From contig OZ241986.1 in the NCBI GenBank assembly GCA_965204375.1, positions 192,001-256,000 of the forward strand: a stretch of DNA of 64,000 bases, given 5' to 3'. Under the pieces are notes generated by a model. The model saw nothing but the letters and a program-made list of their open reading frames with translations, made no database searches and had not been told where the DNA came from. Source of the stretch: Candidatus Latescibacterota bacterium (GTDB taxonomy: Bacteria > Latescibacterota > UBA2968). Below, in pieces: positions 58,000 to 64,000 of this stretch; position 1 is the first letter of the stretch, and each line of letters opens with the position of its first letter. Both the position numbers and the translations under genes were made by a program.

Positions 58000-58098
58000 C
58001 AATCGCACCACGCCCCGTAAGACGCTATTTCTGTTGTTCAGGTACTGGACGAAAATCATTTTTTCTGAATATTACAATTCATTTACCTGGAGGATATC

Positions 58099-58470
58099 AT
58101 GTATAATCGCGTGACTACAGATTCAGACGCCGCTTTTGCCTCTTGCACAACACTGCCTATCTATCAAAAAACGCTTAATGCTGAAGAGATGGCGGATATT
58201 GATGGCCTGGGAAGTGTGACAGATGCTATTGATGCAGCGGTAGATTATGTTTCTGATGTTGTTGATAAAATAGGAGATAGTGTTTCTGATTTTGTTGATT
58301 CGTTGTATTTTTACCCTCAGGATGCTGAGCCCATATATCTGCCTGATCCAACTACTATCCCAGCACCACCTGATACAATGAGGATGGTTACTAATGTAAT
58401 GTATTCCTGCGATGTGACGATCGCGGAGTTAGCTTCTGGTGCGATTTGTCCGTGTATGCCGCCGCCGTAG
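58099..58470 (+). CDS. Precursor peptide B (123 aa), leader homologous to A
   Basis: GGAGG RBS; leader ends TLNAEEMADIDGLG; core shares DYVxDxVDxIGDxVS motif with A. Confidence 0.78.
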   Translation: MYNRVTTDSDAAFASCTTLPIYQKTLNAEEMADIDGLGSVTDAIDAAVDYVSDVVDKIGDSVSDFVDSLYFYPQDAEPIYLPDPTTIPAPPDTMRMVTNVMYSCDVTIAELASGAICPCMPPP

Positions 58471-58662
58471 GTCCGATGTGCATCAACCCGTCATTCCCGC
58501 GCATGCCCCACGGCGTGTGTAGGAGTGACGGTGTTATATGAGGTAGGACTTACGTCACTCAGTACTGGAGAGTAGATAGCTTGCCTGACAGAGATTCTCA
58601 GAGCATTTTAGAAATCAGCATTGTAGTTGAGTTATAGACATGTTGCAGGACGGTTGGAGAAA

Positions 58663-61600
58663 ATGAATCTTTCGCACTTTTTCACCAAAAACTCGGTGCG
58701 TTCACAATCTGTTCACTTTCCCTTTGGAGGTGTTGTTTTTCAACAGGGTCAGGCGGGTGAGGCGTTTTACATTGTGCAGTCTGGACGGTTGCGGGTGATT
58801 AAGGAGGATGCGAATGGCAATTCGACAACTGTGGGCTATTTGTATGCGGGCGATCATTTTGGCGAAGGGGCATTGTTGAGTGGGCAAGGGCATCGGGCAT
58901 CGGTGCGTGTGGTTGAGGATGCGGATGTGTTGCAGGTGCCGAAGGATGAGTTTTTTAAGACTGTGAGAAAAAATTCTGACGTACGAGGTTATCTCGAAGA
59001 ACAGGTCGCCTGTATTGCGTATCGGGATTTTACGCGTTTTTTGAAAGGGGATGTTCCAGGCGAGGTGATGCGGGTGTTGTTCGCGCGGTTGAAGCGCGAG
59101 GTGGTTGAGCAGGGAATGACGGTTGTTGACCGAGGTCAGTTGGGTCATCGGTTTTATTTGATTGGCAGCGGTCAGTTGGAGGCTGTGTCAGAAAATGGGG
59201 ATACGGTGGTTTTAAACGCGGGTGATTATTTTGGTAATGAGAATTTGTCAGGTGATAAAAGAGTGATTCGCAGTCGGCGTGATAGTGTGCTTTTTTATAT
59301 AGATAAAAGCAATTTTAATAAGTTAAAAGCTATGATGCCGGGGTTTGAAGAAAGACTGGAGAGAGGACGTATATCGCGTGGAGAACAGCGATCGAATGAG
59401 TCATTGTTTCGACACGAACGACAAGTGCCCGAACCACCCGTTGACCGGTCTGATGAAAAACTGGCATCCAATATAGCATCCAATGTGGTTAATATCAGAA
59501 TAGACGGTGCAAAACCACAGGTGCCTACATTATTTCGCTTTCCATTTTTGAAGCAACACGATCAATCGGATTGTGGTGCGGCGTGTTTGGGCATGATTTG
59601 TAAGTATTACAATATGCCTATTGGGTTGAACAGGCTGCGCGATATGTCCAATGTGTCGCGGTATGGCACGTCGATGGCGGCATTGGCTGAGGCTGCGGAA
59701 ACCCTGGGTTTTATCACGCGCGGCGTGCGCACGGGATATGAGGCTCTGATAAAAACAGAATTGCCAGCCATTCTCCACTGGGAGGGCAATCATTTTGTGG
59801 TCTTGTATCAGATCAATAAAAAGGAGGTGAAGATAGCAGACCCCGGCGTGGGTATTCGCAAGCTGTCGCGGGCAGAGTTTGAGAAGGGGTGGACAAACAG
59901 GGCACTGTTGTTGGAATACACGGATCAGGTGGCGGAGAATGAACCGTCTCAGTCTTCTTTTAAGCGATTTTTTCCGTTAATCAGGCCCTATACAGGCATT
60001 TTGATTGAGGTATTGCTGGCGTCTCTGGTGCTCAGTTTGTTTGGTCTGGCATCGCCCATTTTTATGCAGACGATTGTCGATCAGGTCTTAGTGCATCACG
60101 ATAAGGATTTGTTGAACTTGATGCTGGTGGGTATGGTCGTGGTTGCGTTGTTCCAGATGGGCACATCAACGTTGCGCGTCTATTTAATCGGGTATATGAG
60201 TGCGCGGTTGAGCATTGCGATGTTGTCGCGTTTTTATCGGCATTTGCTGGCGCTGTCCATGCAGTTTTTTGCTCTCAGGCGCACGGGCGATTTGACCACG
60301 CGATTTAAAGAGAATGCAACGATTCGGCGATTGTTGACAGGTACGACGGTTTCTGCAGTTCTGGATTTTATCATGCTTTTTGTCTATCTGGGCTTGATGT
60401 TTTATTACAACACTGAACTGACGCTGGTCATGCTGATTTTTGTGCCGCTCCCTGTAGGGCTTACGCTGATTTACACGCCCATTTTGAAGGCTTTCAGCCA
60501 GCGCGCTTTTTTGGCGCGTGCCGAACAATCATCGGTTTTAATCGATTCGCTTCATGGCATTGATGTGGTCAAAGCCTCGGCGGTTGAGCGCGCGACGCGG
60601 TGGCATTGGGAAGGTAAGTTTACAAAGGAAATTCAGATTGGCTTTCAACGGTTAAAAATGCAGATGTTGTTTGGAGGGATAGGAAGTGTGATCAATTTGT
60701 TGAGCAGTACGGTGATTTTGTGGTATGGCGCCTCATTGGTGATTGAAGGGAACCTGTCGGTTGGACAGTTGATGGCGTTTAATGCGCTGATTGGCAATGT
60801 GATGGGCCCCATTATGGGCTTGATTGGGATATGGCCGCAGGTGCAAGAAGCGCGTATTGCTCTGGATCGGTTAAATGATGTGTATGATACGCAGATGGAG
60901 GATGCGCGACAACAGGGTCAGGGTTTGGTCTTAAAGCCTTTGGAAGGGCGTGTGGTTTTTGAGCGGGTGTTTTTCAGATACGGTATCGGTTCTGATGAAC
61001 CTTATGTGTTGAATAATATAGACTTGACACTTGAACCGGGTCAAAAAGTTGCAATTGTGGGACGCAGCGGCGCGGGTAAGACGACGTTGGTGAAACTGGT
61101 GCCTCGTTTATTTGATCCGTCAGAAGGTCGCGTGACGCTCGATGGGATGGATGTGCAGGATCTGGACCCTCATTGGTTGCGGCGACAGGTGGGTATGGTG
61201 ATGCAGGAACCGTTTTTGTTTTCTGGCACGATTGCAGAAAATATCGCCATTGGTCAGACAGACGCGGACATGGACCGCATTTTGGAAGTGGCAAAGCTAT
61301 CGTGTGTACACGATTTCGTAAGCGATATGCCTTTGGGGTATGAGACAAAGGTGGGCGAGCGGGGTGTGGGATTATCGGGTGGACAACGACAGCGGATCGC
61401 GATTGCACGGGCGCTGTATTGCGATCCCAAGATTTTGATTTTTGATGAGGCGACCAATGCCTTAGATACGGATTCAGAACAGGCGATTCAGGCGAATTTA
61501 GATCTGTTTTTGGATGATCGCACGGCGTTGATTATTGCGCATCGGTTGAGTACTGTGCGCGATGCGGATGCAATTGTGGTCCTGGACAAGGGGCACATTG

Positions 61601-61683
61601 TGGAGATGGGCACACACGATGAGTTGATGGTGCAACAAGGTTTGTACTATCACATGTGTAGTCAACAGTTGCAAGTAGTATGA
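58663..61683 (+). CDS. Peptidase-containing ABC transporter (2x cNMP-binding + C39 peptidase + TMD + NBD)
   Basis: cNMP motifs GEAFYIVQSG..GDHFGE..RASVR and FYLIGSG..GDYFG; C39 QHDQSDCGAAC, HWEGNHFVV, IADP; GRSGAGKT, LSGGQRQR, IFDEAT. Confidence 0.95.
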   Translation: MNLSHFFTKNSVRSQSVHFPFGGVVFQQGQAGEAFYIVQSGRLRVIKEDANGNSTTVGYLYAGDHFGEGALLSGQGHRASVRVVEDADVLQVPKDEFFKTVRKNSDVRGYLEEQVACIAYRDFTRFLKGDVPGEVMRVLFARLKREVVEQGMTVVDRGQLGHRFYLIGSGQLEAVSENGDTVVLNAGDYFGNENLSGDKRVIRSRRDSVLFYIDKSNFNKLKAMMPGFEERLERGRISRGEQRSNESLFRHERQVPEPPVDRSDEKLASNIASNVVNIRIDGAKPQVPTLFRFPFLKQHDQSDCGAACLGMICKYYNMPIGLNRLRDMSNVSRYGTSMAALAEAAETLGFITRGVRTGYEALIKTELPAILHWEGNHFVVLYQINKKEVKIADPGVGIRKLSRAEFEKGWTNRALLLEYTDQVAENEPSQSSFKRFFPLIRPYTGILIEVLLASLVLSLFGLASPIFMQTIVDQVLVHHDKDLLNLMLVGMVVVALFQMGTSTLRVYLIGYMSARLSIAMLSRFYRHLLALSMQFFALRRTGDLTTRFKENATIRRLLTGTTVSAVLDFIMLFVYLGLMFYYNTELTLVMLIFVPLPVGLTLIYTPILKAFSQRAFLARAEQSSVLIDSLHGIDVVKASAVERATRWHWEGKFTKEIQIGFQRLKMQMLFGGIGSVINLLSSTVILWYGASLVIEGNLSVGQLMAFNALIGNVMGPIMGLIGIWPQVQEARIALDRLNDVYDTQMEDARQQGQGLVLKPLEGRVVFERVFFRYGIGSDEPYVLNNIDLTLEPGQKVAIVGRSGAGKTTLVKLVPRLFDPSEGRVTLDGMDVQDLDPHWLRRQVGMVMQEPFLFSGTIAENIAIGQTDADMDRILEVAKLSCVHDFVSDMPLGYETKVGERGVGLSGGQRQRIAIARALYCDPKILIFDEATNALDTDSEQAIQANLDLFLDDRTALIIAHRLSTVRDADAIVVLDKGHIVEMGTHDELMVQQGLYYHMCSQQLQVV

Positions 61684-61753
61684 GGGGCTGGAGACTGAGG
61701 GCTGGGGACTGGTGAGCAGGTGGTCGTCTCACGTTTTACTTCTTACGTCTTAC
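61683..61753 (+). repeat. Composite heptamer repeats between ABC transporter and HlyD genes
   Basis: ggggct ggagact gagggct ggggact ... tctcacg ttttact tcttacg tcttacc. Confidence 0.65.
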
Positions 61754-61771
61754 CGCTTTTAAGGAGCCTAA

Positions 61772-63154
61772 ATGGCAGAACGGCTTTTGGAGACATCGCC
61801 CGAGACAATGTCTCCCGGTATAATCCAGGGACAAGATGACGCGGCAGAAGAGGTGCATGCGTTTATGGGGTCTTTGCGGCCCTTTTGGGGGCGTGCATTG
61901 CTCTATATTGTCCTGCTGTTTGTGATTGTTGCCATTATCTGGGCGTGGTGGAGTAAGGTAGATGTGGTGGCATCAGCACCTTTTCGATTGGTGCCTTTGG
62001 GACAGGTGAAGACGATGCAGGCGCAGCGAGGTGGTGAAATTGAGTTGATTGGTGTTAAAGAAGGGGATCATGTCGAGAAAGGTGAGGTGTTGTTTAAGCT
62101 GAAATCGTGGGAGACGTGGGGAGAGTTGCGGGAATGGGAACAGGCAAAGATGGCTTTTCAAAAGGCGCAGTACGATCTCAAGGCGGTGTTGCCACAAAGA
62201 ACGAGATTAAATCGAGAGACGATAGGATCATTGGAACAACGTCTTTCTGTTTTGCAGCGGTTTATGGAGGCACATCAGAATGCGCTGGAAGATTATCAAA
62301 GCGATGTGGGCGGTGTTGAGGGATCGAAAACCAAAATATCTGACGCGGGGTTGCAAGCGCAGATCGGTTTTCGACAGGCTGAGATTGATCTTATGAAACA
62401 GGAATTTTTGCAGCAAAAAACGCTGTTTGAGCGCGCATTGATCAGCCGGGCGGATATGAATCGCGCGCGTGTGCAGTATTTGAGTGCATTGTCCGCGCTT
62501 CCGGGACGCATGTCGGAGATATACAAGAATGAAATGGCTGTGCAGGATCTCAAGCGTCAAATCACAGAAGCGCGGATTGCACACGAGCGCGAGGCTTCGC
62601 AGATGCGATACGCTTATGAAATCGCACAATTGCGATTGGAGCAGGCGCGCAAACGCATTGATCGCACCCTCGAAGCCGAGTCGGATTTGATTCTGGCGCC
62701 TGAATCAGGGATTGTCACACAGGTGATGGTGAATGCAGTTGGACAGGTGATCAGTAAGGGGCAACCTTTGGTTGCACTGGCACCGGCCTCAGCGCCGGTG
62801 GTTGCAGAAGTGATGGTGTTGAATAAAGATGTGGGCTTGCTCAAACCCGGGCAGTTGGTTAAGCTGAAATACGATGCGTATGCCTTTCAGGATTTTGGTA
62901 TCAAACGCGGATGGCTTACATCCATCTCGCCCGATGCGGTGATCAATGAAAGTATTGGACCGATATTTAAGTGCGTTGTCGAATTAGAAGAAAATACGAT
63001 GCGCGTGAAAGGATATGACAAGCCTCTGATGTTTGGTATGAAGGGCACGGCTGAGATGATGACAGATCGCCAATCGGTCTTGCTGATGTTGCTGAGTCCT
63101 TTGCGACAGCTTTACGAGTCGGCAAGGTACGATGTTCAGGAGGGCGCATTGTGA
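61772..63154 (+). CDS. HlyD family type I secretion membrane-fusion protein
   Basis: N-terminal TM, VKEGDHVEKGEVL, coiled coil, APESGIV, DVGLLKPGQ.VKLKYDAY, GMKGTAE. Confidence 0.93.
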   Translation: MAERLLETSPETMSPGIIQGQDDAAEEVHAFMGSLRPFWGRALLYIVLLFVIVAIIWAWWSKVDVVASAPFRLVPLGQVKTMQAQRGGEIELIGVKEGDHVEKGEVLFKLKSWETWGELREWEQAKMAFQKAQYDLKAVLPQRTRLNRETIGSLEQRLSVLQRFMEAHQNALEDYQSDVGGVEGSKTKISDAGLQAQIGFRQAEIDLMKQEFLQQKTLFERALISRADMNRARVQYLSALSALPGRMSEIYKNEMAVQDLKRQITEARIAHEREASQMRYAYEIAQLRLEQARKRIDRTLEAESDLILAPESGIVTQVMVNAVGQVISKGQPLVALAPASAPVVAEVMVLNKDVGLLKPGQLVKLKYDAYAFQDFGIKRGWLTSISPDAVINESIGPIFKCVVELEENTMRVKGYDKPLMFGMKGTAEMMTDRQSVLLMLLSPLRQLYESARYDVQEGAL

Positions 63155-63924
63155 TGTCAGAGGATGCTATACTGGTTCAGGTCAATGATGTCGAGGTGTC
63201 GTTGCGCCAGGTCGTGCGACAATTGGGTGTTGCTGATAATCTGCATTTTTTTAATGGGTTTGCGTGCGGGGAATTGATACGGCAACTCGCCCGGCGCGAG
63301 GGTGTTTGTGCAGCGCGTGAAGATATTCAGCGGAAGGTAGATGAATGGCGGTATCAACATCGCCTGGAGCGGGTGGAAGATACAGAGGCCTATCTCGCAA
63401 AGCGAGGTATTACGCTTCAGGATGTGACAGAAGATGCCGAGGTGAGACAACTGGAGTATTTGCTGTCTGAGAAGATTGCCAAAGGACAGGTCGAATCCTA
63501 TTTCGCTCAACACACACTGGCGTTTGATGAGGCGGAGATTTGCTGGATTTTTCACACGGATAAGGGTGTGATTGACGAGATTGATTTGCAGATTCGAGAC
63601 GATGGTGCAGACTTTTACGCGATGGCGCGTCGATTTTCTCAAGATGCACGCACGCGATCAGGGAGTGGCTTTTTGGGCCGCGTGCGGCGCAAGCAGTTGC
63701 CAAAGGGGATTGCTGCGCGCGTTTTTGCCGTGTCACCAGGTGAAATTTTGGGTCCGGAAAAAGTATCGAAAGGCTTTGCGCTGTACCTGGTGCAAGAACG
63801 CTACCCGGCAACACTAAATGAACGAACAAAAAAGGAGATCCGCAAGCACCTGTTTAATCAGTGGTTGCAACGCGAAGTACAGAAGGCAGATATACGGTAT
63901 CCGATTTGGCAGGCGGAAAGTTAA
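63151..63924 (+). CDS. Parvulin/PpiC-like peptidyl-prolyl isomerase (peptide-secretion associated)
   Basis: SurA-like helical N-region, DFYAMARRFSQD..SGFLG, GEILGP; overlaps HlyD stop. Confidence 0.8.
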   Translation: MMSEDAILVQVNDVEVSLRQVVRQLGVADNLHFFNGFACGELIRQLARREGVCAAREDIQRKVDEWRYQHRLERVEDTEAYLAKRGITLQDVTEDAEVRQLEYLLSEKIAKGQVESYFAQHTLAFDEAEICWIFHTDKGVIDEIDLQIRDDGADFYAMARRFSQDARTRSGSGFLGRVRRKQLPKGIAARVFAVSPGEILGPEKVSKGFALYLVQERYPATLNERTKKEIRKHLFNQWLQREVQKADIRYPIWQAES

Positions 63925-64000
63925 AAAATCAAAAGGACAGGTCCGCACTAAGGCATCACAGCTTCTTTGCCCTGATATTCTCGGATCCAGCCTTTTAATG

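Noticed and set aside
55047-58470. Classical glycocin (sublancin-type) or lanthipeptide cluster
   Set aside because: No GT2, thiol-disulfide oxidoreductase or Lan enzyme; cores are acidic and lack the nested disulfide pattern.
63948-64000. 3' end of a convergent minus-strand gene (...LKGWIREYQGKEAVMP*)
   Set aside because: Only ~16 codons visible, too short to call as a feature.

Overview
Bacterial chromosomal segment. Sulfatases, LRR/NHL eukaryote-like repeat proteins and an Omp85/SprA-like pair suggest a host-associated, FCB-like organism such as a sponge symbiont (inference only). The housekeeping backbone comprises sat, tRNA-Lys(CUU), moaC/moeA, RNase G/E, rplU-rpmA, mdh, dapL, a glutamate dehydrogenase, nadB and guaA. 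Two accessory blocks interrupt it. (1) A ~19 kb integrase-free defence island (9.8-29.1 kb) in which a Type I R-M system (hsdM...hsdS...hsdR) is interleaved with three Schlafen/AlbA_2-ATPase proteins, a 1280-aa nuclease-NTPase, a DUF6978/DUF1828-like pair, DUF433/PIN toxin-antitoxin genes, antitoxin fragments grafted onto other proteins, and phased 11-bp repeat arrays. (2) At 54.9-63.9 kb, the most novel-looking element: a putatively sigma54-driven RiPP-like cluster of two GT-B glycosyltransferases, two homologous double-glycine-type precursors with acidic amphipathic cores, a cNMP/C39-peptidase ABC exporter, HlyD and a parvulin-like PPIase. Also notable are a lipoprotein fusing a LivJ-type solute-binding domain to a Cu/Zn SOD, a long metazoan-type GMP synthase, GTAG-type REP elements and many 7-9-mer tandem micro-repeats at gene junctions. 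All calls come from motif recognition by eye; no database searches were run.
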